Assembly: GCA_038241115.1 (NCBI GenBank)
Contig: JBBRGA010000001.1
Location: 1,319 to 65,318 of the forward strand
Direction: 5' to 3'
From: Burkholderiales bacterium
GTDB lineage: Bacteria; Pseudomonadota; Gammaproteobacteria; Burkholderiales; Burkholderiaceae_C
Length of the DNA stretch: 64,000 bases
Below, piece after piece: positions 1 to 11,157 of this stretch. Both the position numbers and the translations under genes were made by a program. The notes under the pieces were generated by a model, which saw nothing but the letters and a program-made list of their open reading frames with translations, had not been told where the DNA came from and did not search any database. Position 1 is the stretch's first letter. Each line of letters starts with the position of its first letter.

Positions 1-284
1 GCCTGTACGAGTGCATCTTGTGCGCCAGTTGCTCCACTGCCTGCCCTAGCTTTTGGTGGAACCCGGACAAATTTGTAGGTCCGGCCGGTTTGCTCCAGGC
101 TTATCGCTTCATTGCCGACAGCCGCGATCAAGACACCGAAGGCCGTCTCGACAATCTGGAAGATCCTTACCGCCTGTTCCGCTGCCACACGATCATGAAT
201 TGCGTCGATGTTTGCCCCAAGGGTTTGAACCCCACCAAGGCTATTGGCAAGATCAAAGAAATGATGATTCGTCGAGCTGTTTGA
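1..284 (+). CDS. sdhB: Succinate dehydrogenase iron-sulfur subunit, 3' fragment (5' end upstream of window)
   Basis: The frame is open from the window edge (from nt 3: [24 protein letters not shown]...[17 protein letters not shown]). These are the Cys-cluster motifs of SdhB/FrdB. Stop TGA at 282-284. Track ORF 18..284 is the TTG-truncated version. Confidence 0.95.
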   Translation, partial: LYECILCASCSTACPSFWWNPDKFVGPAGLLQAYRFIADSRDQDTEGRLDNLEDPYRLFRCHTIMNCVDVCPKGLNPTKAIGKIKEMMIRRAV

Positions 285-298
285 GCAGCCTTCGAGCA

Positions 299-583
299 AT
301 GCAAGCACCGTTTGATCTTGACGCGCCAATTGACGAGCGCGCGCTGAGCAAATTGCGTTGGGGGTGCCGTCGCGGTCTGTTGGAAAACGACTTGTTTGTC
401 GAGCGCTTTTTCAATCGTCATGCCAGCGCACTGACTTACCGTCAGGCACGGGGCTTGCAAACGCTCATGGACTTGTCTGACAACGATCTACTCGACCTGT
501 TACTTGGTCGCGTGCAGCCTGAAAATGAGTTGGCGGAAGCTAACGTCGTTTCAGTTTTGCGCATGATGCGCGTACCTCGTTAA
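299..583 (+). CDS. sdhE: FAD assembly factor SdhE (DUF339/YgfY family)
   Basis: ATG at 299 inside track ORF 53..583; 94 aa. Contains [13 protein letters not shown] (RGxxE motif). Sits between sdhB and gltA. Confidence 0.85.
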   Translation: MQAPFDLDAPIDERALSKLRWGCRRGLLENDLFVERFFNRHASALTYRQARGLQTLMDLSDNDLLDLLLGRVQPENELAEANVVSVLRMMRVPR

Positions 584-638
584 GTGTTCTTTCGTCCACG
601 CTGTACCCCTCCAACCTGCTGCGTTCCAAGGACTCACC

Positions 639-1952
639 ATGACCCCGTCTGACGTTAAAGCCACCCTGTCGTTTTCTGATGGCAGCCCAAGCATGGACAT
701 GCCGATATTCAAAGGCACGGTCGGTCCGGACGTCATCGATATTCGCAAGCTCTATGGCCAAACTGGCAAGTTCACTTACGACCCCGGATTTTTGTCGACG
801 GCCGCGTGCCAATCAAATATCACCTACATCGACGGCGACAAAGGTGAGTTGTTGTATCGCGGCTACCCGATTGAGCAATTGGCCGAAAATTGCAATTACC
901 TGGAAACCTGCTACCTGCTGTTGAAGGGCGAACTACCTAACGCTACTCAGAAGCACGATTTCACCAAGCTCGTAACCAACCACACCATGGTCAACGAGCA
1001 AATGCAGTTTTTCCTGAGAGGCTTCCGCCGAGATGCGCATCCGATGGCCATCATGACGGGTCTGGTCGGTGCCTTGTCGGCGTTCTATCACGACAGCACC
1101 GACATCACCAATCCGCAGCACCGCGAAATCTCGGCCATCCGCTTGATCGCGAAGATGCCGACACTGGTGGCCATGGCCTACAAATATACAGTCGGCCAAC
1201 CGTACATCTATCCAAAAAACGACCTGAGCTACGCTGGCAACTTTATGCGCATGATGTTTGCCACGCCGTGCGAAGACTACGTGCCGAATGATGTTCTGGT
1301 TCGCGCCATGGACCGCATCTTCATCTTGCACGCTGACCACGAGCAAAACGCTTCGACCTCCACTGTGCGCTTGTGCGGAAGCTCCGGCACCAACCCGTTT
1401 GCAGCAATCGCCGCTGGTGTGGCTTGTCTGTGGGGCCCCGCGCACGGCGGTGCCAACGAGGCTGCGTTGAATATGTTGGAAGACGTGCAGCGCATGGGTG
1501 GCGTTGAGAAGATAGGTGAATTCATCGCGAAGGTGAAAGACAAAAACTCAAGCGTCAAGCTGATGGGTTTTGGCCACCGCGTCTATAAAAACTACGACCC
1601 TCGCGCCAAGCTGATGCGCGAGACTTGTTACGAGGTTTTGAACGCTTTGGGCTTGCACGACGATCCATTGTTCAAATTGGCCATGGCGCTTGAGAAGATT
1701 GCGCTGGAGGACGACTACTTCGTGTCGCGCAAGCTTTATCCAAACGTCGACTTTTACTCGGGCATCGTGCAGCGAGCCATCGGCATTCCGACGCCGCTTT
1801 TCACTGCCGTTTTCGCGTTAGCACGGACCGTAGGTTGGATTGCTCAATTGAACGAAATGATCGGAGACGCCGAGTACAAAATTGGTCGTCCACGTCAGCT
1901 CTTCATGGGTTCAACCGCACGCAACGTGACTCCGATTGCGCAAAGAAGCTGA
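639..1952 (+). CDS. gltA: Citrate synthase (type II)
   Basis: 437 aa. [14 protein letters not shown] signature and [11 protein letters not shown] catalytic region. Confidence 0.96.
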   Translation: MTPSDVKATLSFSDGSPSMDMPIFKGTVGPDVIDIRKLYGQTGKFTYDPGFLSTAACQSNITYIDGDKGELLYRGYPIEQLAENCNYLETCYLLLKGELPNATQKHDFTKLVTNHTMVNEQMQFFLRGFRRDAHPMAIMTGLVGALSAFYHDSTDITNPQHREISAIRLIAKMPTLVAMAYKYTVGQPYIYPKNDLSYAGNFMRMMFATPCEDYVPNDVLVRAMDRIFILHADHEQNASTSTVRLCGSSGTNPFAAIAAGVACLWGPAHGGANEAALNMLEDVQRMGGVEKIGEFIAKVKDKNSSVKLMGFGHRVYKNYDPRAKLMRETCYEVLNALGLHDDPLFKLAMALEKIALEDDYFVSRKLYPNVDFYSGIVQRAIGIPTPLFTAVFALARTVGWIAQLNEMIGDAEYKIGRPRQLFMGSTARNVTPIAQRS

Positions 1953-1985
1953 CTTAAAAATCAGAACCATAAATTTGCAGCCCGA

Positions 1986-3401
1986 ATGGTCATGTCCCGT
2001 ACTCTTTACGACAAACTTTGGGATGAGCACGTAGTCCACACCGAAGACGACGGCACCGCGGTGCTGTACATCGATCGGCATTTGCTGCACGAAGTCACCA
2101 GTCCGCAGGCCTTTGACGGCTTGACACTGGCACAGCGCCAAGTCTGGCGAATTTCCGCCAACCTGGCGGTGAGTGATCACAACGTACCCACCACAGACAG
2201 GTCAGCCGGCATTGCTGACCCGATCTCGCGCTTGCAGGTGGACACGCTTGACTCGAATTGCGACCGAGTCGGCATCACCCAATTTAAAATGAATGATCTG
2301 CGTCAAGGCATTGTTCACGTGATCGGGCCCGAACAGGGCGCCACCCTGCCTGGAATGACTGTTGTGTGCGGCGATTCGCACACGTCCACACACGGAGCAT
2401 TTGGCGCGCTCGCGCACGGTATCGGTACGAGCGAGGTTGAACATGTGCTCGCCACCCAGACGCTGCTCGCGCGCAAGGCCAAGAATCTTCTGATACGCGT
2501 GGTGGGTCAGGTGACACCCGGCTGCGGTGCGAAAGACATCGTGTTGGCGATCATCGGAAAAATTGGTACCGCTGGCGGCACGGGTTACACCATTGAATTT
2601 GGCGGGCCCGCGATTCGTGCGCTTAGCATGGAGGGACGCATGACGGTTTGCAACATGGCGATTGAAGCCGGCGCAAGGGCCGGTTTGATCGCCGTGGACG
2701 AGACGACTTTGGCCTACGTCAAAGGCCGTCCGTTTACGCCCAAAGGCGCGGAACTGGAATTGGCAACGACCTATTGGCGCACCCTGTACTCCGATGCCGA
2801 TGCGGCTTGGGACAGTGTGGTGGAACTGGACGCCGCAACGATCAAACCGCAAGTTACTTGGGGTACGTCTCCCGAAATGGTGCTTTCCATCGAAGACCGA
2901 GTTCCAGACCCTGACCGCGAGAAAGATGCCAACAAGCGTGAAGCAATGGAACGAGCGTTGGCATACATGAATTTAGAGCCCAACAAGCCGATTGCTGACA
3001 TTGTGATTGACAAAGTTTTCATCGGCTCGTGCACCAACTCTCGCATCGAAGACATGCGAGAAGCCGCGGCGGTCGTGCGAAAACTGGGCGCCAAAGTTGC
3101 CTCCAACGTCAAGCTGGCTTTGGTAGTGCCAGGCTCGGGTCTGGTGAAGGCGCAGGCCGAGCGCGAGGGTTTGGACCTGATCTTCAAGGCGGCCGGCTTT
3201 GAGTGGCGCGAGCCAGGTTGTTCGATGTGCTTGGCGATGAACGCGGATCGCTTAGAGCCTGGTGAGCGCTGCGCTTCCACGTCCAACCGTAATTTTGAAG
3301 GCCGTCAAGGCGCGGGCGGTCGCACCCATTTGGTCAGTCCGGCGATGGCTGCCGCAGCAGCCATCAAGGGTCATTTTGTCGACGTGCGCCGGCTGGTTTG
3401 A
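1986..3401 (+). CDS. leuC: 3-isopropylmalate dehydratase large subunit
   Basis: 471 aa. Aconitase-family ligand motifs [14 protein letters not shown] and [10 protein letters not shown] second ATG at 1992 ([15 protein letters not shown]) is an equally plausible start. Confidence 0.96.
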   Translation: MVMSRTLYDKLWDEHVVHTEDDGTAVLYIDRHLLHEVTSPQAFDGLTLAQRQVWRISANLAVSDHNVPTTDRSAGIADPISRLQVDTLDSNCDRVGITQFKMNDLRQGIVHVIGPEQGATLPGMTVVCGDSHTSTHGAFGALAHGIGTSEVEHVLATQTLLARKAKNLLIRVVGQVTPGCGAKDIVLAIIGKIGTAGGTGYTIEFGGPAIRALSMEGRMTVCNMAIEAGARAGLIAVDETTLAYVKGRPFTPKGAELELATTYWRTLYSDADAAWDSVVELDAATIKPQVTWGTSPEMVLSIEDRVPDPDREKDANKREAMERALAYMNLEPNKPIADIVIDKVFIGSCTNSRIEDMREAAAVVRKLGAKVASNVKLALVVPGSGLVKAQAEREGLDLIFKAAGFEWREPGCSMCLAMNADRLEPGERCASTSNRNFEGRQGAGGRTHLVSPAMAAAAAIKGHFVDVRRLV

Positions 3402-3436
3402 ACCCTCTTTTTCCAGTGCCCAACTTGAGACTTTTC

Positions 3437-3565
3437 ATGAAATCAAACCTTCTGCTTCTGATTGCCTTTTGCTTCGCACTGACGGCGTGCAACACCATCC
3501 AAGGTGTTGGAAAAGATGTAAAAAAAGCGGGTGAGGTTGTCGAAGAAGCTGCGAAGAAAAAGTGA
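3437..3565 (+). CDS. Small lipoprotein, entericidin EcnA/B-like (42 aa)
   Basis: Not in the ORF track (<60 aa). ATG 3437, TGA 3563-3565. Translation: [42 protein letters not shown]. It has a signal peptide plus lipobox L-T-A-C, then a Gly/Lys-rich mature peptide typical of entericidins. It fills the leuC-leuD spacer. Confidence 0.7.
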   Translation: MKSNLLLLIAFCFALTACNTIQGVGKDVKKAGEVVEEAAKKK

Positions 3566-3575
3566 GCCTGGGCCA

Positions 3576-4220
3576 ATGAATTCATTTCAAGTTCATAAGG
3601 GCCTGGTGGCGCCCATGGACAGGGAAAACGTCGACACAGACGCCATCATTCCCAAGCAATTCTTGAAGTCCATTCAAAAAGCGGGCTTTGGGCAAAATCT
3701 GTTCGACCAGTGGCGTTACTTGGATCCGGGCTTTCCGGGACAAGACCCGGCATCGCGTCAAATCAACCCTGATTTTGTGTTGAACCAGCCGCGCTACAAA
3801 GGTGCTTCGGTTTTGCTTGCCCGGAAGAATTTCGGCTGCGGCTCGTCTCGCGAGCACGCCCCGTGGGCCATTGATCAATACGGGTTCAGGGCGCTTATTG
3901 CGCCCAGCTACGCCGATATCTTTTTCAACAATTGCTTCAAAAACGGTTTGCTTCCCATCGTGCTTCCCGAAGCTCAGGTGGCGACACTGTTTGATGAGGT
4001 GGCGGCTTTCGCAGGTTACGAGCTCACAGTCGATTTGGAGCGACAGGTGGTCGTGAAACCGGATGGGGCAGAGCTGCCGTTTGAGGTCCAGTCGTTTCGT
4101 AAATTCTGTTTGCTCAACGGTTTCGATGACATCGGTTTGACGCTGCGCCATGCCGACAAAATTCGCGCGTTTGAAGCCGAGCGCTTGCTCCAAAAGCCGT
4201 GGTTGGCGCACACCATTTGA
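3576..4220 (+). CDS. leuD: 3-isopropylmalate dehydratase small subunit
   Basis: ATG 3576 inside track ORF 3531..4220. [31 protein letters not shown]; [12 protein letters not shown]. Confidence 0.95.
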   Translation: MNSFQVHKGLVAPMDRENVDTDAIIPKQFLKSIQKAGFGQNLFDQWRYLDPGFPGQDPASRQINPDFVLNQPRYKGASVLLARKNFGCGSSREHAPWAIDQYGFRALIAPSYADIFFNNCFKNGLLPIVLPEAQVATLFDEVAAFAGYELTVDLERQVVVKPDGAELPFEVQSFRKFCLLNGFDDIGLTLRHADKIRAFEAERLLQKPWLAHTI

Positions 4221-4238
4221 TCGTCAGGAAATTGACCC

Positions 4239-5363
4239 GTGAAAATTGCAGTCCTGCCCGGTGATGGCATAGGTAGCGAAATCGTCGCCGAGGCTTTGAA
4301 GATCATGGCCGCGCTGGATTTGCCGTTTGAGACCGAACATGCGCCTGTTGGGGGCACCGCTTACGAGTTGCACGGACATCCGCTGCCAGCCGCGACCCTC
4401 AAGTTGGCGCAGCAAGCCGATGCCGTGCTTTTTGGTGCTGTGGGCGACTGGAAATTTGACACTCTCGAGCGCGCGCTTCGTCCTGAGCAAGCGATATTGG
4501 GATTGCGCAAACACATGGGTTTGTTCGCCAATTTTCGCCCTGCCATTTGTTATGAGGAGCTCACCGGCGCATCCAGCCTCAAACCCGAATTGGTGGCCGG
4601 TTTGGACATCCTCATCATTCGCGAACTCACGGGAGATATTTACTTTGGTCAGCCGCGTGGTCGCCGCGAGTCTCCTGATGGGGCCTTTCAGGGTTCTGAA
4701 GAAGCCTTCGACACCATGCGCTACAGCCGCCCTGAAATTGAGCGCATTGCCCACGTGGCCTTTCAGGCGGCGCGCAAGCGAGACAAGCGCCTGACCAGCG
4801 TCGATAAAGCGAACGTGCTGGAGACTTTTCAGTTTTGGAAAGATGTGGTTACCGAGGTGCATGCGCAGTATCCAGATGTGGCGCTCGACCATATGTACGT
4901 CGACAACGCTGCGATGCAACTGGTCAAAGCGCCAAAGCGCTTCGATGTGATCGTCACTGGCAACATGTTTGGTGACATCCTGTCTGACCAGGCAGCCATG
5001 CTCACGGGCTCTATCGGGATGCTGCCTTCGGCATCCTTGAACGCGAAGGGCCAAGGCCTGTACGAGCCCAGCCACGGCAGCGCACCCGACATTGCGGGCA
5101 AGGGCGTCGCCAACCCTTTGGCGACAATCTTGTCGGTGGCCATGATGTTGAAGTTCACGCTCAACCAGCCTGAAGCCGCCGCGCGCATCGAAGCGTCGGT
5201 GAAGGCAGTGTTGGCAAGCGGGTTGCGGACGGCCGACATCTGGTCTGAAGGGTGCAAGCGTGCATCAACCCGTGAAATGGGCGATGCAGTCGTTGCGCAA
5301 ATTGCGAAATCGCTCGGCGTAAAAACCCCGGCAACCAGCGTCGTCGCCCCAACAATTCCCTAG
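4239..5363 (+). CDS. leuB: 3-isopropylmalate dehydrogenase
   Basis: GTG start, 374 aa. [21 protein letters not shown] and [10 protein letters not shown] motifs. Short non-conserved-looking C-terminal tail. Confidence 0.95.
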   Translation: MKIAVLPGDGIGSEIVAEALKIMAALDLPFETEHAPVGGTAYELHGHPLPAATLKLAQQADAVLFGAVGDWKFDTLERALRPEQAILGLRKHMGLFANFRPAICYEELTGASSLKPELVAGLDILIIRELTGDIYFGQPRGRRESPDGAFQGSEEAFDTMRYSRPEIERIAHVAFQAARKRDKRLTSVDKANVLETFQFWKDVVTEVHAQYPDVALDHMYVDNAAMQLVKAPKRFDVIVTGNMFGDILSDQAAMLTGSIGMLPSASLNAKGQGLYEPSHGSAPDIAGKGVANPLATILSVAMMLKFTLNQPEAAARIEASVKAVLASGLRTADIWSEGCKRASTREMGDAVVAQIAKSLGVKTPATSVVAPTIP

Positions 5364-5450
5364 CATTTCGGCTCGTTTCGCCTTCTTACCGGCGCTCCGG
5401 GCCGGAAGAGTCGCTGCGCAGAAAAGTCGAAAATTAGCAGGAGAACGTCA

Positions 5451-6584
5451 ATGAATAAAAAACTGGTCGGATTGGTGGGCTGGCGCGGCATGGTCGGCTC
5501 GGTTTTGATGGAGCGGATGCAAGCAGAAGGCGACTTTGCGCTCATAGAGCCGATGTTCTTCAGCACCAGCAATGCCGGTGGCAAGGCCCCGGTACAAGCT
5601 CAAAACGAAACCCAACTTTTCGATGCATTTGACGTGGTGGCGCTCAGGCGTTGCGACATCATCATCACCGCACAGGGTGGCGAGTACACCAAGGCGGTCT
5701 ATTCCCAGCTGCGTTCCGCCGGTTGGGCGGGCTATTGGATCGACGCCGCCAAGACTTTGCGCATGAACAGCGACGCTGTCATCGTTCTGGACCCAGTGAA
5801 TCTGAATGTCATCGAGCAAGCCTTGCGCAACGGCACGCGCGACTTCATTGGCGGCAACTGCACCGTCAGCTGCATGCTCATGGGCTTGGGCGCATTGTTC
5901 AAGGCCGATTTGGTCGAGTGGATGACATGCACCACCTACCAAGCGGCCTCAGGCGGAGGTGCGCAGCACATGCGAGAACTGCTCGCACAGTACGGCAGCT
6001 TGAACGCTGAAGTCCGCAGCCTGCTCGACGACCCTCACTCAGCGATTTTGGAAATCGACCGTAAGTTGGTGGCGAAGCAACGCGGCTTAACCGCGGTTGA
6101 GACATCCAACTTCGGCGTGCCGCTGGGTGGAAGCTTGATTCCGTGGATTGATGCCGATCGAGGTGACGGAACCAGTTTGGAAGAGTGGAAGGGCGGAGCA
6201 GAGACCAACAAAATCCTTGGGCGTGGCCCCGGTTTCGGCTCCGTTGAGACACCCATAGATTCCACTTGCGTGCGCGTGGGAGCAATGCGTTGCCACAGTC
6301 AGTCTTTGACGATAAAGCTCAAGCGCGACGTGCCTTTGGCCGATCTGGAGTCTTTGGTCGCCAATGACAACGCATGGGTCACGTTGGTGCCCAACACGAA
6401 AGAGTCCTCTTTATCGCTGCTCACGCCAGTGGCCGTCAGCGGCACCATGAATATTCCCGTGGGCCGTATGCGCAAGCTGGCGATGGGCTCTGAGTACTTG
6501 GGGGCGTTTACGATTGGTGACCAATTGTTGTGGGGCGCCGCCGAGCCTTTACGACGAATGCTGCGGATACTTCTACGAGCCTGA
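5451..6584 (+). CDS. asd: Aspartate-semialdehyde dehydrogenase
   Basis: 377 aa. VGWRGMVGSVLMERM N-terminus and GGNCTVS active-site Cys. Confidence 0.95.
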   Translation: MNKKLVGLVGWRGMVGSVLMERMQAEGDFALIEPMFFSTSNAGGKAPVQAQNETQLFDAFDVVALRRCDIIITAQGGEYTKAVYSQLRSAGWAGYWIDAAKTLRMNSDAVIVLDPVNLNVIEQALRNGTRDFIGGNCTVSCMLMGLGALFKADLVEWMTCTTYQAASGGGAQHMRELLAQYGSLNAEVRSLLDDPHSAILEIDRKLVAKQRGLTAVETSNFGVPLGGSLIPWIDADRGDGTSLEEWKGGAETNKILGRGPGFGSVETPIDSTCVRVGAMRCHSQSLTIKLKRDVPLADLESLVANDNAWVTLVPNTKESSLSLLTPVAVSGTMNIPVGRMRKLAMGSEYLGAFTIGDQLLWGAAEPLRRMLRILLRA

Positions 6585-6766
6585 TCCAGCCCAAAAACGC
6601 AGCTCGCTGTTCGGTCTGACTTGTTAAGCAGTACCTCAGCTTGTCTTCGTATCTTGTTGCTGTTATTGTGATTTGATGAAGTTAAGGCGCTTGCCTTTGC
6701 GTGCCTGAACGCGTTCATGTGTGCAACACAACCGATCTGACGCCGTCGATATTCCTGGGAGACGCC

Positions 6767-9592
6767 TTGAAACGAAATGTCTTGAATGCAGGGCGCTTTG
6801 CGCTTACGGGTTTTGCTGCCGCAGTGCTGTCATTTACAGCATCACACGCCTTGGCCCTGGGCTTGGGTCGTTTGGCCGTTCAATCGTCTCTCGGCGATAG
6901 TTTGCGTGCCGAAATTGATGTGACCAGCCTCTCGCCCGAAGAGGCCGCCAATCTGCGTGTACGAATTGCGCCGCCGGAGAGTTATCGCGCTGCCGGCGTC
7001 GACTACAACGCCGTACTTCCCAGCACTCAGGCCGTGCTGTTGCGCCGCGCTGATGGTCGCCCCTACCTGCGTCTGACCAGCGACCGTGCCGTTCAAGAGC
7101 CTTTCGTGGACGTGATATTGGAATTGACATGGTCGTCGGGTCGCCTGGTTCGCGAATACACCCTGCTGTTTGACCCGCCAAACAGCCGTAACACGGCCAC
7201 GGCACCGGCGCCCGTCCCTGCGGCAGCATCACCCATGTCGGCGGTTGCGGCGGCTCCCTCGACTCCATCAATTGCGGCTGCGGCACCCCCGAGCGCTGTG
7301 ACTTCCGCGCCAACTGCGGTCGCGACCAAGCCCCCAGTTGCAGCGGTTGCCAGGGCGCCGACACCGACCCCGAACCCTGCCGCAGCACCGGCACCAGCAA
7401 CAGCGCGGGCAGCAGCACCTTCTGTGGCGACGGCCACCGCGCCGCTGGAGGCCAGGAAAGCGGCCAAAGTCGGCCCGGATGAATACAAGGTCCGAGAGGG
7501 AGATTCCTTGTCGCGGATCGCGTCCCAAACCCAGCGTTCCGGCGTGTCGCTGGACCAGATGCTTGTGTCGCTTTACCGAGGCAACCCAGACGCGTTCATC
7601 GACAACAACATGAACCGGCTGAAGTCGGGTGTGGTTTTGGCCGTGCCGTCTGTCGAGTCGGTCAAGGGCATCGCTGCGGCTGAAGCTAAGCAATTCATTC
7701 AGGCGCAAAGCGCTGACTTTGGGGCTTATCGCCAGCGTCTGGCCAGCGGAGTGCCTGAAACCAAAGCGCAAAACAACGCGCGCCAAGCCGCTGGCAAAGT
7801 GCAATCGGCGGTGGAGGACAAGAAAGTTGCCTCCGCACTCACGCCCGACAAGTTGACACTCAGCAAGGGCGCGGCCACCGCCACGGCCAAGTCCAGCGCG
7901 GCAGAAGAAAAAATATCCAAAGACAAAGAAGCCAAGGACGCCGCGGACCGTGTTGCCGAGCTTTCGCGCAACGTAGAGGCGTTGAAGAAAATTTCAGGGG
8001 CTGCAGCGGCTTCTGCTGCCACTGCCGCGGCCGCCGCAGCCAAACCGGCCGTACCCGTGGTTGCCGCGCCAATTGCCGCACCAACCGTACCATCGTCACT
8101 GTCCGCTGCGGCCTCCGCGGCCGCGCTGGCGGTGCCGGTTCCAGTCGCAGTTCCGGCGGTCGCAGCGGTTGTCGCTTCTACACCTGCGCCGTTGGTTTCT
8201 GCTGCTTCCGCACCCGCACCCGCACCCGCAGCATCCGCCCCTGATCCAGCGGTCAAGGTTGCTGAGGCAGCACGCTCGGCCAGTGCAGCTGCTGCGGCGG
8301 CTTCACGCGCCGCGCCTGCCGTTAACGAAGGTCCGAGCCTGATCGGCACCTTGCTTGAGGACAACCCGTTGGCTCTGGCGGCCGGTGGCGGTTTGCTGGC
8401 TGCGCTGTTGGGATACGGCGTCTACAAACTTCGCAGGCGATCAAAGAGCGAAAGCGGTGAAACCTCGTTCTTGGAAAGTCGCCTGCAACCCGATTCGTTT
8501 TTTGGTGCGAGCGGTGGCCAGCGCATTGACACGCGTGACGCCGGCGGCTCGTCATCTTCGATGAGTTATTCATTGAGCCAACTCGATGCGATTGGTGATG
8601 TCGATCCGGTGGCCGAAGCGGATGTCTATTTGGCTTACGGCCGTGACCTTCAAGCTGAAGAAATCCTCAAAGAAGCGATGCGCAGTACGCCCGAGCGTCT
8701 AAATATTCGAACCAAGCTGCTCGAGGTTTACGCAAAGCGCCGGGACGTGAAAGGCTTCGAGTCGCTCGCCGTTCAGTTGTTCGGATTGACGCGAGGTGAA
8801 GGTCCGGATTGGGCGCGTGCTCAAGAGTTGGGTCAACAAGTTGATCCTGACAACGCGCTGTATCAATTGGGCGGGGTGCCTGCTACCTTCTCCGGAGATG
8901 AAGATCGCGTCGAGCCACTGGGTGCCAGCACGATGCCGCAGTCGGTGTTGCCGTCGCCATCGCAATTTGGTCCCGATGCGGCACGTGCCAACGCGGCCGC
9001 AGCAAACATGAGCATGGACATGGACCTGGAGTTGGACTTCAGCGATTCCATTGCGACGACTTCGTCGCTGCCGACGGTCGCTGCCGCGATGCGGCCCGAT
9101 CCGTTTGGCGATTCGATGTCATTCGACACAACGTCTGTGCTGCCAGCCGACACGAACAGTCGGACCGTGGCGAGTGCGAAATCGAGTACAGCAGCAGATG
9201 CCGCATTCGTTAGCGCCCCCAGCAATGAAGCGGCTTCGGCGCTGGACGCGCCAATGACTTTTGATCTGTCCAGTATTTCGCTCGATTTCGACGCGCCTGC
9301 CGACGAGAGCATGAAAAAGCGCATTTCGCCCATCACTGTTCCTGGGCAGCTGGATGTCATTCCGCCAGATTCAAAGGACGGCGGAAATTCAGTCCATGAC
9401 AGCTTGCTGGAAAGCGCCTACGACAGCACGCACGAGCACGCAGATCCGCTGCTGCGAAAGTTGGAACTTGCCGAAGAATTCCGCCAGATTGGCGACACCG
9501 ACGGCGCGCGGGATTTGTTGAACGAGGTTTTGGCCAAAGCCGACGGAACTTTAAAGACGCGCGCCCTGAGCCTCCTTGATCAACTGGAGTGA
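6767..9592 (+). CDS. fimV: FimV/HubP-like peptidoglycan-binding polar scaffold protein
   Basis: Track ORF 6701..9592. TTG 6767 is preceded by gggaga and gives MKRNVLNAG plus a signal-like segment. LysM-like block YKVREGDSLSRIASQ...LKSGVVLAVP, long Ala/Pro-rich tracts, one TM helix (LALAAGGGLLAALLGYGVYKL), acidic region, and C-terminal FimV motif GDTDGARDLLNEVL. The start is uncertain (6701 or 6767). Confidence 0.85.
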   Translation: MKRNVLNAGRFALTGFAAAVLSFTASHALALGLGRLAVQSSLGDSLRAEIDVTSLSPEEAANLRVRIAPPESYRAAGVDYNAVLPSTQAVLLRRADGRPYLRLTSDRAVQEPFVDVILELTWSSGRLVREYTLLFDPPNSRNTATAPAPVPAAASPMSAVAAAPSTPSIAAAAPPSAVTSAPTAVATKPPVAAVARAPTPTPNPAAAPAPATARAAAPSVATATAPLEARKAAKVGPDEYKVREGDSLSRIASQTQRSGVSLDQMLVSLYRGNPDAFIDNNMNRLKSGVVLAVPSVESVKGIAAAEAKQFIQAQSADFGAYRQRLASGVPETKAQNNARQAAGKVQSAVEDKKVASALTPDKLTLSKGAATATAKSSAAEEKISKDKEAKDAADRVAELSRNVEALKKISGAAAASAATAAAAAAKPAVPVVAAPIAAPTVPSSLSAAASAAALAVPVPVAVPAVAAVVASTPAPLVSAASAPAPAPAASAPDPAVKVAEAARSASAAAAAASRAAPAVNEGPSLIGTLLEDNPLALAAGGGLLAALLGYGVYKLRRRSKSESGETSFLESRLQPDSFFGASGGQRIDTRDAGGSSSSMSYSLSQLDAIGDVDPVAEADVYLAYGRDLQAEEILKEAMRSTPERLNIRTKLLEVYAKRRDVKGFESLAVQLFGLTRGEGPDWARAQELGQQVDPDNALYQLGGVPATFSGDEDRVEPLGASTMPQSVLPSPSQFGPDAARANAAAANMSMDMDLELDFSDSIATTSSLPTVAAAMRPDPFGDSMSFDTTSVLPADTNSRTVASAKSSTAADAAFVSAPSNEAASALDAPMTFDLSSISLDFDAPADESMKKRISPITVPGQLDVIPPDSKDGGNSVHDSLLESAYDSTHEHADPLLRKLELAEEFRQIGDTDGARDLLNEVLAKADGTLKTRALSLLDQLE

Positions 9593-10473
9593 GCAGCGAA
9601 GCGCTCGCTTCTTCGCCCGCTTTTGCGACGTCAACTGCGTCGGCGCTGGCTGTGTTGCACGAAGTTGCATCCCATGCTCAGAGCTTTACGCAACGATTGG
9701 CATTGGGTCTGAGTTACCGGGGCACCGGGTACCACGGCTGGCAAAGTCAGGCCGATGGTCAGACATTGCAAGACAAGTTGGAGTCGGCGCTGAGCAAATT
9801 CGCTGACCGAACCGTGCGCACGGTGTGCGCAGGACGTACCGACACGGGCGTGCATGCCTTGAATCAGGTGATCCACATCGACGCGCCTGTCGAACGCAAA
9901 TTGTTTTCGTGGGTGCGCGGCACCAATCGCTTTTTACCCGCCGATATGGCGGTGCAATGGTGCCGGGCACCTGACGCAGAATTTCATGCACGTTACAGCG
10001 CTTTGGGCCGGCGTTATACCTACATCTTGCGCGAATCGATCGCGCGACCTGCGCTGGAATCCGGCATGGTTGGTTGGGTATTCAAGCCGTTGCACGGCGA
10101 CCTGATGCAGCAAGGCGCGCAACTGCTGATCGGACAGCACGACTTCAGCGCGTTTCGGTCATCCGAGTGCCAAGCGCGGTCTCCCGTCAAAGAAATGCGC
10201 AGCATCCGTATCCAGCGCAAGGGCGCATATTGGCGCTTTGACTTTGACGCATCAGCCTACTTGCACCACATGGTGCGAAACATCATGGGCTGCTTGGTGG
10301 CTGTGGGCACACAGACCCAGACAGTCGACTGGTTGGCAGAGGTGCTCGCAGCAGGTGACCGTCATCGCGCTGCGCCCACCTTTGCCCCGGACGGTTTGTA
10401 TTTTGTCGGGCCGTACTACGATGAGCGGTTCGCGATTCCGCAGCAAACGATGGCCGACGATTGGCTTCCTTGA
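9589..10473 (+). CDS. truA: tRNA pseudouridine(38-40) synthase
   Basis: GRTDTGVHA catalytic Asp motif and YRGTGYHGWQSQ. GTG 9589 overlaps the fimV stop (GTGA). The true start may be further downstream (GTG/TTG near 9652-9655). Confidence 0.9.
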   Translation: MSSEALASSPAFATSTASALAVLHEVASHAQSFTQRLALGLSYRGTGYHGWQSQADGQTLQDKLESALSKFADRTVRTVCAGRTDTGVHALNQVIHIDAPVERKLFSWVRGTNRFLPADMAVQWCRAPDAEFHARYSALGRRYTYILRESIARPALESGMVGWVFKPLHGDLMQQGAQLLIGQHDFSAFRSSECQARSPVKEMRSIRIQRKGAYWRFDFDASAYLHHMVRNIMGCLVAVGTQTQTVDWLAEVLAAGDRHRAAPTFAPDGLYFVGPYYDERFAIPQQTMADDWLP

Positions 10474-10496
10474 ACTCAGTTCCTCCGCTCGCATTC

Positions 10497-11141
10497 ATGC
10501 ACAGAACCCGCATCAAAATTTGTGGCCTCACTCGCGAGGCCGACGTGACAGCGGCGGCGCTGGCGGGTGCCGACGCCATTGGATTTGTGCTGTATGCAGT
10601 CAGCCCTCGAGGCGTGACGGTCCAACGTGCCGCCGAGCTGGTCAAAGCGATGCCACCGTTTGTCACGCCAGTCTTGCTTTTTGTAAATGCCAGCGATGAC
10701 CTGCTCGCCCGAGCAGTATTTGCGATTCCGCACGCAGTTTTGCAATTTCACGGAGACGAAACACCTGCACAGTGTGAGCTTTCAAAGCGCGCGTTCATCC
10801 GCGCTGCGCGCATGCAACCGGGTTTCGATTTGTTAAACTTTGTGGGTCAATATTCAAATGCTCAAGCTGTACTCGTCGACGCTCACGTTGATGGTTACGG
10901 CGGCGGTGGAAAGGCTTTCGATTGGTCACTCATTCCAAAAAACGTGCAGCTTCCAGTCGTTTTGTCTGGTGGGTTGCATGCCGGAAATGTGGCTGCAGGC
11001 GTGGAGCAGGTGCGGCCTTGGGCCGTTGACGTGAGTTCCGGCGTTGAGTCGGCCAAGGGCATCAAAGATGCCCAGGCTATGCGCCAGTTTTGTGATGCGG
11101 TCCGCGCTGCCGATGCGCGCATTGCTTCACCCTCCACCTGA
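10497..11141 (+). CDS. trpF: Phosphoribosylanthranilate isomerase
   Basis: ATG 10497 inside track ORF 10461..11141. [13 protein letters not shown]...; FHGDE; VVLSGGL. Confidence 0.92.
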   Translation: MHRTRIKICGLTREADVTAAALAGADAIGFVLYAVSPRGVTVQRAAELVKAMPPFVTPVLLFVNASDDLLARAVFAIPHAVLQFHGDETPAQCELSKRAFIRAARMQPGFDLLNFVGQYSNAQAVLVDAHVDGYGGGGKAFDWSLIPKNVQLPVVLSGGLHAGNVAAGVEQVRPWAVDVSSGVESAKGIKDAQAMRQFCDAVRAADARIASPST

Positions 11142-11157
11142 ACGAAAGACCATCACC

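Noticed and set aside
7093-8364. Several Ala/Gly-rich ORFs on both strands inside fimV (e.g. 7093..7488 -, 7726..8364 -), and the repetitive DNA there considered as a possible CRISPR or tandem array.
   Set aside because: They mirror the Ala/Pro low-complexity coding tracts of fimV (GCN/CCN codons read as GCN/GGN antisense). There is no repeat-spacer periodicity, and the only true tandem is the 6-bp run at 8208-8231.
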